64,000 nt of DNA, taken from Lophium mytilinum. Its lineage: Eukaryota. Positions 48,625-62,803 of the stretch are shown piece by piece. Position 1 is the first letter of the stretch; each line of letters opens with the position of its first letter. Under the pieces are notes generated by a model, which searched no databases, had not been told where the DNA came from, and saw only the letters and a list, made by a program, of their open reading frames with translations. The translations under genes were made by a program, and so were the position numbers. Location: the NCBI GenBank assembly GCA_010093605.1, contig MU004189.1, positions 255,834-319,833 on the forward strand, read 5' to 3'.

Positions 48625-49527
48625 ATGGCGCTCTCAAGCCATGGCATCGTTGCGGTCATCGAAGTCGCCGTATATATCCTCCTTCTAGCCCCTGCAATAC
48701 ACAACGTCGTCCACTTTGGCGTACGTCAACACACCGGATGGTTATTTATGTGTCTCTTTTGCATGGGTGAGTACACTCCCACATTTCACGTGGTGCTGTG
48801 CTGATTTATTGCAGTTAAAATCACTGGCGCATCCCTCCTTATCTATGAGAACGAAAACCCATCCAAGGCGTCCATCGGCCTCCAAGTTGCGACGCAAATA
48901 TTCTATCAAGTCGCCCTCGGTCCGCTCCTCAGCGCTACCCTTTCGTTCTTCAATGGATCTACCCCCACAAAAACTACTACGTCCTCGAAACGAGGCGTCC
49001 GCGGTGTTTTCACCAACCTTCCGCACTTCCTCCGCCTCATCCATCTTGTCGTCATCGTCGCGGTTGCACTGGGCGTAATGGGTGGTCTCAATCGCGCACC
49101 GACCAGCAACGGCGAGATCAACAAATCCAAATACGACAGCGGCGCCACTTACTCTAAGGTCTCTTCCTGTATCCTCCTCGTTGCTCTCCTCGGAATCACA
49201 TATGGCCTGACTCGCTATTGGAGCGCGCGCTCAATCATGTCCGAGCCGCAACGGACCCTCCTACCTGCCATCGGGGGCGCGATACCATTGTTATTCATGC
49301 GCGTTATCTATTCGCTATTGGCAAGCTTTACGCTTGACACTTCCAGCAATATGAACCGCACGAAGATATTTAATATGTTTACGGGGAACATTGCTGCTTA
49401 TATCCTGCTAGCGATGCTTCCCCAGATTGGTGTGGTTGTGCTCTACTCGGTGACGGGTTTTATCGCAAAAAGGAAGCACCAGCATACGAAGATTCCGGAT
49501 GGGAGCAATGGTAAGATACCTGTTTAG
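48625..49527 (+). CDS. Multi-pass membrane protein (RTA1/DUF7702-like)
   Basis: About 7 hydrophobic segments; GWLFMCLFC and PLLFMRVIYS motifs. One intron at 48767-48813. Confidence 0.75.
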
Positions 49528-50193
49528 TTCTCTCAAACCTTCTTACATGGTCTCCATGAATTGGCGCAATACATCAAGTTTTGGAATGGATTTGAATGGC
49601 GCTAATCTTTTTGTTTACATATAGAAATCTTGCTTGGGAATACCCATCCGCAAATGGCCTAGAATGATTGATGAGAGGTAGCCTTATGGTGTATTTGTAC
49701 GAATATATAAACGTGAAACAGCCATGATTATTTTGTTGTGACGTGCGAAGGTGGCTACAAAATGGTGAAAGAATCATCCGAATGATTCTGATAATGATCT
49801 TACCACAATTGGTAGCCAACTTGTATCCTAATAGCACCGCCATGATCAGTTTATTCTCCATGAAACATCACGATTAGCCATCATGCAAGGCCCGCGGTGT
49901 TTTGTAGGAATTAGTCTCAATTCAGTGATTGTTCTATTGTTCGCGACTATAACCACCGGAGTTTTAAGGCACCTCCGCCTGGCCAACCGCATCACCAACC
50001 TCACGCAACCACCACATGGCCGCCCTCGCACTTCTGCCATCAACTTCCCCCGCCCACCATCAATAACCCGGCCTTTCTCCATCAGACTTTCTCATAGCTC
50101 ACCTCCGCGGACCTGCCAGGGATTTGAAACTGCACGAAAACCGTTGCTTCGCGTCCTGCGCGCTGTCGCAATTCACCCTCCGCGTCGCCAGCC

Positions 50194-51719
50194 ATGGCGG
50201 GCACCATCCGCCCCGACACCATCACCGTGTCGACCTCGACTCCCATCATCTCCTCCAAATCTCTCCCAACCGCTGCGCCTGCTGTCAAACCGGTGGGAAA
50301 GCCTACAGTCACCGCTCCGCGCATTGATCTCGAGCCGCTGTACACGGCGCTCAAGTCCGCCGTTGGAGACACTGATTGGACCATTTACAAGGAAGCCATA
50401 AGATGTTTCGTTATAGGTACTGGCTCTCTTCATCCAAGCTGATGTGCCTGTTGCTGTGGACCCTGAATATCAAAGCTGACGCTGTTCCCAGGCGAGCTCA
50501 ACCAGGAGGAGCTATCCCGTCGCATCGACCCCTTCATATGTTGCGATCCCGCGCGCGAACACCTCCACAATCAGTTTATAACCGCAATATATGGGAACAC
50601 GTACCGAGACCCCCCAGAACCGGGCGTGGCAACATGGGTCAGCGCGAGTGACAAGCCGACTGCTGTTACCAAGTCTGCGACCGGTGATGAGGGGGAGGAG
50701 AGGTTAAAGAAGGAAATCATGCAGCTGCCAAGGAGGGAGCGGAAGAGGCTAAAGACACTTCAAGATGTAAGGGTTCAGCTACGCTACACTATTAGATGAT
50801 GGGTTGGAGTTATATTGGTCTAGAGAGCTGACATCGCGTTTGCGACAGGCGTCGCCTTACGACAATTTTCAACAGACGATGATGGATTATCATACCGCGC
50901 GGCAAATCAAGCCTCCCGACACCGGTCCTGCGTCCGCGGGCGGATACAGCAAGACTAGTAGGACTCTCTCTCATATATGCGCTTCACTGGTCTACCTATC
51001 AAATTTATACTAATCATCACCTGACAGACTGGGACCTTGAAATCCGGAAACGGTACGCCCAACCTCTATTTAGCGAAACGAACGAATTCCCGGACCGCGA
51101 AACTATTGCTGCACGCATGGTGCCCATATGCTACGAGGAGGGTCTCGCAAATGGCGCAGCAACAGGTGCTGCGGATTTCTTGAATATTGCTACAGAGGCG
51201 TACATCAAGGAAGCACTATCGAATATTCTCGGTCGCGTCTCTTCAAACGGCGCGCCATATGTCAAGACCGCTAGCTATAAGCGACGATTGGAGGCCGAAG
51301 AAGAGAAGTTTGCTCGCGGCGAAGTGGTTAAGAACCCCGGTGGCCGACTACCAGTAGAGGTTGAGTCTGCCGCCGCGAGACCACCATTAAGCATGGAAGA
51401 CCTGAAACTCGTCCTCTTACTTGGCGACGGCTACTTCGGTCAAGTACCCCTAATCGCGGGCCAGATCACAAATGGCGGTCATCTAGACGTCGAATTCGAG
51501 GGCCGCGAAGTTGGGGACGAGATAGCTAGAGCACCGGACCGGAGAGAAAGAGTAAACGGCGTCAACGGTGCTGCCAAAGGCCTCACTAACGGTGTTGGCC
51601 ATGGCGCTGGTGCTGACGCTGCACTTGACGACGCTGAATTAACATGGCAAGGTGGCTCACCAGCTGACCAAGGGTCTCTCAACTCGGTCCTCGACCAAGT
51701 TCTTTCTCTGGGAATTTGA
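50194..51719 (+). CDS. HFI1: SAGA complex subunit Ada1/Hfi1
   Basis: [38 protein letters not shown]...[23 protein letters not shown]. Three introns. Confidence 0.88.
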
Positions 51720-52949
51720 TCGCGTCACTGTTCTCCGCATTCACATTCTGGCGTCCTAACTTTCCGCTGGATTTTCATTCATGTCATTTGGCTTTTTGCA
51801 TTGGTCTTGGCGTTTTCCTCCCACTCTGCATACATGCAAGTGTGGTTTTAGCATATTCAGGCGTTGGTTTTCTTCTTCTCTTTTCTAGATTTCTCCTGGG
51901 ACTCTGCTGGTATGAGCTCTGTATAAATTTTCCTTGCGGCGCTTCAGGCTTTGGGTGGAAAAGGATCGCGGCTTGATACCCTGGATTTGCATGATGTTGG
52001 ATTGGACGGTTACATGAATATCCTGCGTGGGAGGTCATGCGTTCTGGATTCGAGAGACGAAATGGAGATGATTTCATATTTCTTGCTGCTGTCTTGCGTG
52101 CTTCGATGTCGGGAATTCTGACCGAGGCGGAAGGCCACTACTCCGAGAATCGGTAAACTCATCGAGGCAAATCGAGAAAGATATAATTAAACGGTAGGTA
52201 TCCATGACTGTGCATGCGTCATGTTTATTACGCTTCTACGAGGGTATGCCATCTGCTTTCTAGCAATCATCTCACGCATACATTTGTGGAAGAACTATTT
52301 AGCAAGCAGCACTCGTTCTGAACCTCCACGTGTAAGGTGTTTAGAAGTGTGTAGAAGAAGAGAATGTTCCCATGTGCGGTTCTTAAACATTCATAGGGTT
52401 TTGAAGACATTTTGAAGTAAGTAATATATCAAACAGTGCTCTTATTCTCTTCACTCAAACCAATCACTTAGCTTCAAACTACTCCTACGCAGAAATTAAG
52501 TAATATAAATTCAAAGCTCAATGAACAACTTGTCTATGATCTCCTACAACTATCCTGCCATGAACAAAAGCCTTGTCCAAGTCTATTCCGCATTTCCTAC
52601 CAAAAATAATATCCGTTAGCGTTCCAAGCATCAGTCCTTATATCCTGAAAGATAGCCGAAAACAAACACTCCGAACCCTCTCTAGATCGCTCGTCGCACA
52701 GGCTGTCGATGTCGTAATCGCATCTCTCTTTTAAAGCCACCTCACGGCACGGCAGCTCTCGAAGAAGGTAACTGCTCCACAACCTCAATACATTTGCGTG
52801 CCGCATCCTTAGCTACAAGGATCTTCTCCTTGAACTGGCCCCCATTGAACATAGAGAATGGAACGCCTGACTGCGTTGACTCCTCTACGCATAGTTTCAG
52901 ATCTGTCAAGCGCCGCGATCTCGATAATCTTTTACATCCTCTTCACGCC

Positions 52950-53236
52950 CGATTTATACCTGCTTCTAGGATGTAAGCATCCGAACGCCCCAGATCAGAT
53001 CATAGAAAAAGGGATAATGTTGCGGCTGTAAAGATGTGTAAAGTGGGCCAGTCCGTGCAATCTGAAGTCGATTTGGGCATGTTATTGTCTTGCATCTCAA
53101 ATCAGAGAATAGGATTCAGGTCGATTTGGGTGATGTGCGATGTATAAAGTGGAGCCAGTCCGTGCGATCTGAAGTCGATTTGGGCATATTATTGCCTTAC
53201 GTCTTGAATCAGGGCAAAGGATTCAGGTCGATTTGC
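52950..53236. repeat. Dispersed copies of repeat family B (two cores, ~110-bp period)
   Basis: AAGTGG(A)GCCAGTCCGTGCRATCTGAAG...TTTGGGCATRTTATTG occurs twice; the upstream TAGGATGTAAG also matches 13462. Confidence 0.85.
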
Positions 53237-53489
53237 GTACCCCAGGCAGCTCTTTCATGGTCTTCACCGGCCAGATACCAGGGGTTGGATGAGATACTGC
53301 ATTTGTTGCGCACTGCCTATGAATTGTCTTCCCAGCCATACTGATCACCCGTACACTTCCTTGCACCACACGATCCGGGGTATTAATCCTTTCCCAACTC
53401 TTGCCCATAGCCCTGATTACCATTACCAGAATGCGGAGAAGTGATACCACGATAAACGCCAAGTCTACCCCGGACTACTCTCATATCCC

Positions 53490-55688
53490 CTAAACGACAA
53501 GATACAAACTCGTAATCAAACTCGGCCCCACAAACAACCCGATCCAGAAGATCAGGTTACCAAGCGTGTCCCTCCCCTTCATGAACTTAGTCCTGCTCAT
53601 CGCCGCAAGCGGAATCTGGCTCAACTGCATCGCAAAGAGATACCCCCGCACCTTCTTGAACAGACAGAACATGAGCACCTCGTGGACGACAGCGCTCAAC
53701 AAGAACGTCACGAACGTCGCGCTAGACTTGCTGAGATGAAACGCCGAAATACTGGAATGGTACACATGGCGAAGGAGGAAATTGTGCACAGGCCGATTCC
53801 AGTCGCGGGCGTACTGGTCCCAGGACACGCTATTCCACCAGTCCCCGTAGAAGCCGCGGTCCGCGAAGCAGGTGACTTCGGCGAGGACGTTGAGCAGACA
53901 CTCCCAGATCACGTACCAGGAGAGCAGTTGTTCAAGGAGGAGCGGGAACAGCATGTCCGACACGACCCACGGGAAGTCGCGCCACCGCTGTTGCAGGCTC
54001 ATGCCGGCCTCCTTGGCGTGTACTGTCTCTGCCACGACGGGGTAGATGTAGGCTTGGGAGATGATGATCATGACAAAAATGACTCCGAGGGTTGCGCTGC
54101 CCTTCTCGGCAACGTACCACCAGTTGATGCGGTCCTGGCGTGGGTACTCGAGTTCGTATACAAGAGTGGGGAGACAAGTCCAGTCCGCGAAGTTGGACAG
54201 GGTGAGATTGTTGGGGTAACTGTTGGCTGTGTGCGTGCATTTGCCCTTGAGCTCGTCGGTGAGGCCAGCAATTTCGGATTTTATGACACGGCCGAATGCG
54301 AGGACTTGGTCGGCGTCGAGAGGTTCTCCGGATTCAATGGTGGAAGCCATAAGAGCGATTTCAGACTGCTCTGTTTGGAAGTTCGTAGAGGCTTTGGAGC
54401 CGACAGAGCGGCGTCGTTGAAATGCGTCGTTTGGATTAGAGTGGTCAACAGCCGTGGACTGGAAAGAGATACGAGGGCTCGAAACCCCTGAGGGACTGTC
54501 GATAGTCTCCATGTCTTCGAGCTGCTTGAGTTTCTGCTCGAGGAGGGATCTCCGACGGTAAACCTGTGATACTTGAGAGATGTTAGAGGTTTCATGGGCG
54601 AGGAGAAGGCTAGAACGACTTACGATATCCATTATAGAACGAATAGCTGTGGATTTTCATCAAAAATACAAACGCGTGGAGTACAATGAATACAGTATGG
54701 GTCCAACTATATATCATTAGCATACCCAATGGTCTTGGACTGCAGGGACTTACGGCCAGTCGCGATAAAACGTCCACTCAATAACACCGCCGATGAAACC
54801 AACTTCGAACAGCGACTGGATGATCCAACCAGAGCCATTCCAAGTCAGGTATCCCTTCGAAATGATCTTCTGAAGGACCCAGCACAGCATCGTGGCAAAA
54901 GCCATGGCACCATCGGTAACTCCCATGACGAACAGATCGCGATCAACCATCATATGCAGGATCTCGGCGCCGCCAAAGATGCTGCCTTGCGCCTTCAGGT
55001 TTTGCATTGCGACGCGCATGAGGAGAAGGCCCATAGCCAGCCAGAAGAGGGTAAAAAAACCGTGGAACGGAGACTGAGAGCTGAGAGGGTTTTGGCGGTC
55101 GAATGTCGTGAATTGGCGCGTGAAGACCAGATCCCGGAATCGCGACCTCCTCTTGCCTTTCCCGTCTGACGCATCTTGCTCAATCCTGTGTCTGAGTATC
55201 TCCCGTATATCTGGATCGTCTGCCGTCAAGGTGTATCTCCCTTTCTTGTTTGTTTTCTCTAATATAACCTGTATGCTCTTTGGCCGTTTATGTCCTTTCT
55301 CCTTGGGCGAAGGTGTCGAATGGGACGGAACGGGGATGGAAGAACGGCTGTGAATTGGCTCGTAGGCTTTGTCGCCGTCCACACTGCTCTCAACACTTGT
55401 CGAGCCCTCCTCTGAGTGTGTATCCTTTTCTTCAACTCCGCCTCCATGGCTGCCTCGCATTAAGGTCTCGGGGTCGAGTTGTAGGGTGTCGTAGTCTTCG
55501 GTCATTCCTGAGGATACGGAGGATGCAGGCGACTCTGGGGTCCAGTCACCGCCGTCGTTTCTTCGTTTTGAGGCGCCATTGAGGGCATACACCATCGCAG
55601 GCTTGCCATTCGTTAACGACGCGGCGGCGGACATTGCGCCGTTCGCAGTTCGGAGAGGGGTTTGGTCTGCTAATCCAGGTGCTGGCAT
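53490..55688 (-). CDS. ARE2: Sterol O-acyltransferase (MBOAT; Are1/Are2-like)
   Basis: MKIHSY, PTLVYELEYPR, FYGDWWNS, WNRPVHNFLLRHVY and SAVVHE motifs. Two introns (54753-54707 and ~54622-54571). Confidence 0.93.
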
Positions 55689-56627
55689 GGATATTCCTGC
55701 AATGATTTCGACAAGACGATCAATGAAAAGGCCTTAGGCCTGACAGGTATTTCAAGGTGGGTTGTGGGTAGTTTCGTGGTGGTTGAGGAGTTGGACCGGT
55801 AGCGCGCTGCCAACAGAAGATGACATCGGTGTCAGATGCCGAGATTCAGCGGTCGAATATGTATTTCTGAGGCCGGGCAAGGCAGAAGGCCACATGGCCT
55901 TTAAGGCTCCGCGAGCATCCGCAGCGGCGTTCCATGAGGTTCGTCTGGAGCTGGTCTGACGAGAGCGGCGGGCGAATAACGGCGTGAGGGACTTCACAAT
56001 CGGATCGAAGTGTCACCCGCGCGAGCCATCGCAGCATTCTTGGCGGCGCGGACTCGGGAGCAAAGTGGCAGATTACCGAGCCTGTGAAGCCCGACCGGCG
56101 CCGAGTGAATGAATAGACGGCCACATCTCATGACTGACTTGCTACCAGCCTATACCGGTCATGCCGTAGTCACAGTTTGTCTCACGCGTCCTTTGCGTAT
56201 GGTGTGTACGAAGGCGTATACGTATAGCAGCGGATACTGCTAACTCCAGTTCCGAGAGATGCCTAAAAGCATCTTGAGAGGGCATGGACAAGACGTTGCG
56301 TTGTTCTTCTCTCTAGAACTTAGCGCGGCATATGTAAAGACATTAGAGGGTATAGATTTACTAGTCCATACGTAGACACTTCAAAGGCTAGAGATGCGGA
56401 AGTGGCTACCATCACTTCTGATTGGTTCACCTCATGGAAAGGTGAAGTTTAGTCACGTGCGCGCGTATCATCGATTTCATCACGTCGCGTCTCCAGCCTC
56501 CGTCTAATCTTCACCTCCACTCAACCACCTCACCTAGCATCGCCTGCCATTTTATTACCCTGCTATGCAGCAGTGAGTATACGCTCTACTTACTTCATCC
56601 GCCCTCTTGGTGCACGCCGCAGCGACA

Positions 56628-58276
56628 ATGCTGAGACGCCACTCTCCAGACCCCCTGTCCACTCCGTCGACTGGAAATCCACCTGAAACTGCAAAGGTCA
56701 AGACGACAGTCAAGAGAACAGTCAAGAAAACAGTCGAGACAGTAGTCGAGACCCCCGTTGAGGTAACAGGGAAGGGAAAGAAACGCAAAGCTGCTGCAAC
56801 ACCAACGCAGCCAGCAAAACGTGCTAGGAAGGCCGTCGACACCAAAGCTGCCGCTCAAGGAAAAGACTTGGAAGCATCCCCAGAGACCACCCCAAAGAAA
56901 GTCCGCAAGACCAAGGCTAAAGCTTCTGTTGCGAACAAAAGCGCTGCGAATGAATCAGCTTCGCCAAACAATGAGGAGCCGAACGGCAACGTCAAACCCA
57001 AAACCCCAGTCAAGCGCAAGACGACATCAAAAAAGGCAGTTGAGACTATGCCGTTAGCAGCGAGGACCGTAGGATCGAAGCTCTTAGTCGGTGCACACGT
57101 CAGTGCTGCGGGAGGTAAGCGAAACCGCGTCTTTCATGTAGGTTTCTCACTAACGTATCTGACTGTAGGCGTTCATAATACCATTGCAAACTGCGTCCGC
57201 ATTGGGTTAGTAGCGCACAGTTTCCACATCGATCTGGACTCGGCTCTGATGTATCCTTTCTAACATTGTCCAGTGGAAATGCATTTGCACTGTTTCTCAA
57301 GTCGCAGAGGAAATGGAACAATCCTCCACTCTCGGAGGAACATCTTACGCTATTCCATGGAGCCTGCAAGACTCACAAGATCGAGCCTTCGAAGACTGCT
57401 GTTCCCCATGGATCCTACCTAGTCAATCTGGCGCATACCGACGCAGATCGCACCACTCAAGCCTACGATTGCTTTCTTGATGATCTTAACCGCTGCCACA
57501 GGCTTGGCATCAAGCTATACAACTTCCATCCAGGCAACAGCGCCAGCTCAACTCGAGAAGATGCCATTGCCCATATCGCCAGTAACCTGAACCGTGCCCA
57601 CGCCAATGAGACCAGTGGTTCCGTCATTACGGTCCTAGAGACGATGGCAACGTTGGGAAATACGGTGGGAGGCACTTTCGAGGATCTCGCAGCCATCATT
57701 GCCCTCATCACAGACAAGTCTCGTGTTGGTATTTGTATCGATACCTGCCACATCTTCGCTGCGGGATACGATCTTCGAAGTCCAGAGGCGTTTAAGGCGA
57801 CTATGGAGAAGTTTGACCAAACCGTTGGTTTCAAATACCTCAAAGCACTCCACGTCAACGACTCCAAGGCTCCTTTTGCGAGCTATCGGGATCTCCACGC
57901 TAACATCGGTACCGGCTTCCTCGGCCTGCGTGCTTTCCATAATCTCGTCAATGAGCCAAGACTCTGGGGACTCCCAATGGTCTTGGAGACTCCGATAGAG
58001 GTGGTCACTGCCAACGGCAAGAAAAGCGAAGACCAGGGCATATACGCCCGCGAAATAAAGCTCCTGGAGAGTCTTGTGGGTATGGACCTTGAATCGAAGG
58101 AATTTCTGGACTTGGAAAAGGATCTCCAGATTCAAGGGGCGAATGAGAGGGACCGAGTGCAGGACCAAGTCACTAGGAAGGAGGCCAAGGCAGTGAAGGG
58201 GGGCCAAAAGGGAAAGGGAAAGAAGACTAAGAAAGTCGCGCCCAGCGACGAAGAGGACTCCAACGGCTCTGAATGA
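56628..58276 (+). CDS. APN1: AP endonuclease, endonuclease IV family
   Basis: GAHVSAAGG, NAFALFLKSQRKW, PHGSYLVNL, YNFHPG, VLETMA, IDTCH, HVNDSK, DLHANIG and VLETP. Start position uncertain. Confidence 0.95.
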
Positions 58277-59248
58277 TCTGTGCTTTTATCACCGAGTTAT
58301 GGTTGGTTACTGCAGCGGCTCAACGTTTGGATTACGCAGCATTAGTTCTTTGCGCGCCGACTATTTCATTGGACGATAACGCCTGACCATTCTTCAGCAA
58401 TCTGACCACACCTGCCCTTTCGGAATACCAGCATTACCTTTGAGACCACGGTTCGGTCCCGTTCAATGCATTGAGAGCAGTTATTCTTGGCTTTGATTAT
58501 CGGCATTGCAAGGTTGGGTTGAAGGCATTGGAAATCTGTGCGGGCTGGCTCCGTACGACGGAAAAGTACACGATTGAATATATGCGAGTAGGTCGACTGA
58601 GGAGCACATACAGTACTAGGCCTTAAGTCTGGGCACATCAACTCATTACAGGTTGGATCCAATTTGCTCACTCGATACCACTGTTGGGGGTAGCGTGACT
58701 ACTAAGTAGCCAATTAGTCAAGAAGCAGTCTAATTTACACTGCTTGAACCTCGACATCACTCTAGGATCTTCATAATCCTGCAGGGGAGCCCCAAGCAGT
58801 GGCGAACCAATGTGCCCAGACTTGTGGCCTGTGACTGTAGCTAGTACTCAGGTCGTTTATCTAGGGACCTTTGATAGGTAAAATATTACCTACTCTTTTG
58901 CACTACTTGCAGCCATTTCCAGCTTAATTAAAGCCAGCAGATACGCTGCACGACACCATTCGCCCTCGGTTGCTCTTAGGTGCGACGGCCCCTTTCGTAT
59001 ATGCACCCTCAAGTGGAACCTACCTACATCTGTGCGTTTTGGCAGCCGGAGAAGAGCGGAAGGATTTGAGCGCCTTTTCGGTGACTCGGTGACCGCCCCG
59101 CCAAGAGGCCATGCGACATCCAGACGCCCTTCCACCCTCAAATATACCGTTGACGTCGATGCAACCCCTTGCAGCCTTGAAAATTCCTAAACCATCACGA
59201 GGGAAGGACCGCGCTCTATACTAGTCCTCGCCACCACATATTACTGCA

Positions 59249-60205
59249 ATGGCATCTCTAATCTCCGCTTTGGCATGCATTGGCCTTCTGTATTCCCTGA
59301 AGATATTATACCGCCTCCTCGTTTTGACCTGGGTTTATTTCATTCGGCCAACATCTGTTTCTCGGTATCTCTCCACGGATCCCTCGCACCCCTCCTGGGC
59401 TTTGGTCACGGGAAGCACTGACGGCATCGGCCTCGGTTTCTCGCACGAACTCTGTTCCCGCGGCTTCAATGTTCTTCTCCACGGCCGAAACCCCGAGAAA
59501 TTAGCACGCGTGCAAGCGGATCTGCTCCAGAAGTTTCCCGGCCGATCTGTAGAGACAGCCGTCGCCGACGCCGCCGCGTACGACAACGCCGGCCTCCGCA
59601 ACGTTGTGCAAAAGGCCACGAGCCTGCCAGACGGAGGCCGATTGAGAGTGCTAGTCCACAATGTTGGCGGCGGGGGCCCGCTCGTCGGCAAAGGAGTCTT
59701 CGAACTATTCTCAGATACGACGGTTGACGAGGTAGACACGCTCATCAACGTTAACGCGAGATTTCCGGTGCGCTTGACAGCAGCTCTACTACCGGTTCTG
59801 ACGGCAGAGAGCAATGCGCCAACGTTGGTTATGAATCTGGGCTCTATGGCCACGTATGGGCTGCCGTACTCGGTACTTTATAGCGCGACGAAGTCGTTCA
59901 ATCTGACGTTTTCGGCTGCGTTCGGGAGAGAGATGAAGTCGCGAGGGCACGATGTCGAGGTCTTGGGGTTCGTGGTTGGCACCACAAACACAACGGGCGC
60001 GCCGGCAGAAACGCAGGGAAATATGGGTGTTATGACTCCAAGGGAGCTCGCGAAGGCGTGTTTGGATAAGTCTGGGTGTCGGCAGTGGATTTTGCCGCCC
60101 TCATTCAAGCACTGGATCGTGTCTAACATCAACGATTCGGTACCCGAGGTTATGATTGTCAATCAGATGGAAAAGCTTTGGACGCTGGAGAAGAAGGGGA
60201 AATGA
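59249..60205 (+). CDS. Short-chain dehydrogenase/reductase (17beta-HSD/3-ketoacyl-CoA reductase-like), intronless
   Basis: N-terminal TM; WALVTGSTDGIG, HNVG and YSATK motifs. Confidence 0.9.
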   Translation: MASLISALACIGLLYSLKILYRLLVLTWVYFIRPTSVSRYLSTDPSHPSWALVTGSTDGIGLGFSHELCSRGFNVLLHGRNPEKLARVQADLLQKFPGRSVETAVADAAAYDNAGLRNVVQKATSLPDGGRLRVLVHNVGGGGPLVGKGVFELFSDTTVDEVDTLINVNARFPVRLTAALLPVLTAESNAPTLVMNLGSMATYGLPYSVLYSATKSFNLTFSAAFGREMKSRGHDVEVLGFVVGTTNTTGAPAETQGNMGVMTPRELAKACLDKSGCRQWILPPSFKHWIVSNINDSVPEVMIVNQMEKLWTLEKKGK

Positions 60206-61009
60206 GATTCGGAAGAGCGGATGTCTTGAAGTCCGTTAGAAGAAAGTAGAAGCGGTAAATACGATGCACCTTTCTTATCGTCTCGTTTCTTTTCTATTCA
60301 TTGGGCTGCAGTGATCGTTGCTGCCCCTTTATCCTCAAATACGAATCCAATAGCGCTACGCTGATTGCTTAACCCGAGCTACTCACCGATCAGTCGACTG
60401 TCCATTTCCTATCCTTGATTCAGTATGTAGATAAGATGTTAACTCTCCAGGGAAGGGGAGCAAGCATGCAGCTGTGTCCAAATCGGAGTACCCGGCCTTA
60501 TTTAAGAGAAGGCGGTGACGGCTCGAGTTGCGGTGTTTGACCTCGCCACTAGTGTTTGCTCAAGTCTGAAAATTACTCGGGGCTTTTTTACAATCCCCCT
60601 GCGGTAGTCTGGAGTAGGGCTGATGATAACCAGTGGCAGGGCTGCAGGGCCGCAGGGATACTGCCGCGACCTTCGTCATCTTTTCCGCATCGGGCACCAT
60701 TGTGCGAGAAGCACGTGTGGTCTCAATTCAGCCTTGCACTGGCATAGCCGACTACTTCGCCCCCCGGACGGCAGCCCCAGCAGCGACCACTGTCCTAGGG
60801 CTGCATCGATTATGGCGATCACACCGCAGCAGCAGCTTCATACCAATACAAAAGAGTCCAAAATGCAGTTCCTTTGGTCTATATAGCTATTTCGGTACTT
60901 CGATCTCGCATGAGCAAACTCTTTCTTCTTGGCGCAAAAATCTGTAGTAGTCCTTGTGTGACTATTAGCAAAAAGCATACTCCGCATTAGCCCGACAGTC
61001 ACATTCTAG

Positions 61010-62803
61010 ATGGTTGGCGTGCCAAAAAGCACCGGATGTATCATTTGCAGGAAAAGAAAGATCAAGGTTCGTAGTCCTGACCCTATCCTGGCGCCTGACT
61101 AGAACAACCTGACAGACGCGAGTAGTGTGACGAGACTTGGCCCGTATGTACGAACTGCCAAAAAAACGGAAAATGCTGTCCCGGACAGCCTGCACGTCAC
61201 ACGTTTCGAGACGTAGGACCGAAGCTCCAAGGACTCGTCGCTGATGAACTGGAAACTTCTTCCTTGAGTAGTCTTGACAGCTTAGACTCGGTTGAGGCTG
61301 GATCTACTTCTTCGAACACCGCAAAATCACGCGGGAAGATGACAATCGTGAACGAGAAATGGTCCAACGGATGTGTGTATCACAAGTGGAGGATTTGTGC
61401 TAGTGGAGACGATCTGCCGTCCCAAAAGGCCCAATCTCGGTCGCCGTCCCGACGATCATTGATGCCACAACAGCCATCGCTCTCAGTCGTAGAGAACTTA
61501 GCACGAGCACTGGTAGAGGGCATGTCAACTGGTGGCCACGGCTACAAGCTTTCGACCTTTGGTTCGTTCATAACCGATGTGCCCCGCCGTCTGGGCCAGA
61601 ATGCTGCATTAGATGCTGCTGTAGCGTGTCTAGTGAGCGCCCAAGCGTCCTTGATTCGCAGAAAAAGTGCAGAGGAGATCACAGACCCAAAGCTGTATCT
61701 TAGCGCTGTGCAGAATCTCCAACTGTCGTTGGAAGATCCGATAGAGGGCCTGTCGTCTAACACGCTTTGCGCCACCGTCTTGCTGAGCATGGTTGAAGTA
61801 AGACATCTAAACCACATCATAAGCTTTGAGCATGAGACACTAATGTATCGATGCAGGCGATGGCTGGGCCGAGACGAGGCAACAGATACCTTACCCACGT
61901 CGGAGGCGCTCGACGTCTGATACAGTTACAAGGACCACAGAGCTTCCAGGACTCCTTCGCAAAAGACATTCTAAGATTCAACCGTGGTTCTGTTGTAAGT
62001 AGTTTCCCCAACACCCTCACTTGTCAACTTCTCGCTCAACGTTACGCCAGATAATCCACGCAATCTACCAACGCCGCCCCTGCTTCCTCGTCGAGCCTGA
62101 ATGGCTCTCCATTGCCTTCGACACAACCGCCGTCTCAGATGACGACGCCCTCTACACCGAAGTCCTCCTCCTAATGGCGCAATTCCCCTCTCTCCTCAGC
62201 GCCTTCGCAGCCCTCGAATCCCCCCCCTCATCCACAAGCTACGACTCCCCCCACGCCTCCGCCCGCGCCGCCCTCCTCGCCCGCCTCCTCGACCTCAAAC
62301 GCGCCCTCTACCGCCTCGAACTCGCCCTTAACCCCCGCCTCGCCGACGGCCGCGCCGCCATCGAGCTACCCTCCCTCCTCGCCACCACTCCCGTCCCCAC
62401 CTCCTTCCACTTCACCTCGTGGCGCGTCGCCGTCGTCTACGCCTGCTTCTGGTCTCTGCTCCTCATGGCCAACAAACTCCTGCTGCAGATGCTGCCATCA
62501 GAGGACCCGTGCTCGCTCGCGGATGTCTTCGACCTCGAGCAGGAGTGCCGCGGCGTCAGCGCGCAGATCTGCAAGATGTGGGAGGATGCGTGGGCGCGGC
62601 GGCCGATTGGCGCGTTTCATACGGGGCTGAGTGCGCTGATGAGCTGGGAGTGGTGTGAGGACGGGGTTCGGGAGTGGGTGGTTGAGGGGCAGAATCGGTT
62701 GTTGGAGGAGCAGATGGGGGCGGGTAGGGGGTGGAGGTGGGATGCGGAGAGTTTTGGGGCGACGGCGGAGAGGTTGGTGGGTGCAGTGGATGGGGTAAGG
62801 TGA
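61010..62803 (+). CDS. Zn(II)2Cys6 transcription factor
   Basis: MVGVPKSTGCIICRKRKIK | CDETWPVCTNCQKNGKCCPG, split by an intron at ~61067-61125; middle region DVPRRLGQNAALDAAV; further introns at ~61798-61857 and ~61995-62050. Confidence 0.9.

Noticed and set aside
52560..52950. Possible pseudogene relic on the minus strand
   Set aside because: Short broken frames with no recognisable domain; cannot be supported without a database search.
59249..62803. SDR plus Zn2Cys6 TF as a secondary-metabolite cluster
   Set aside because: No backbone enzyme (PKS, NRPS or terpene synthase) or cluster transporter nearby in the window.
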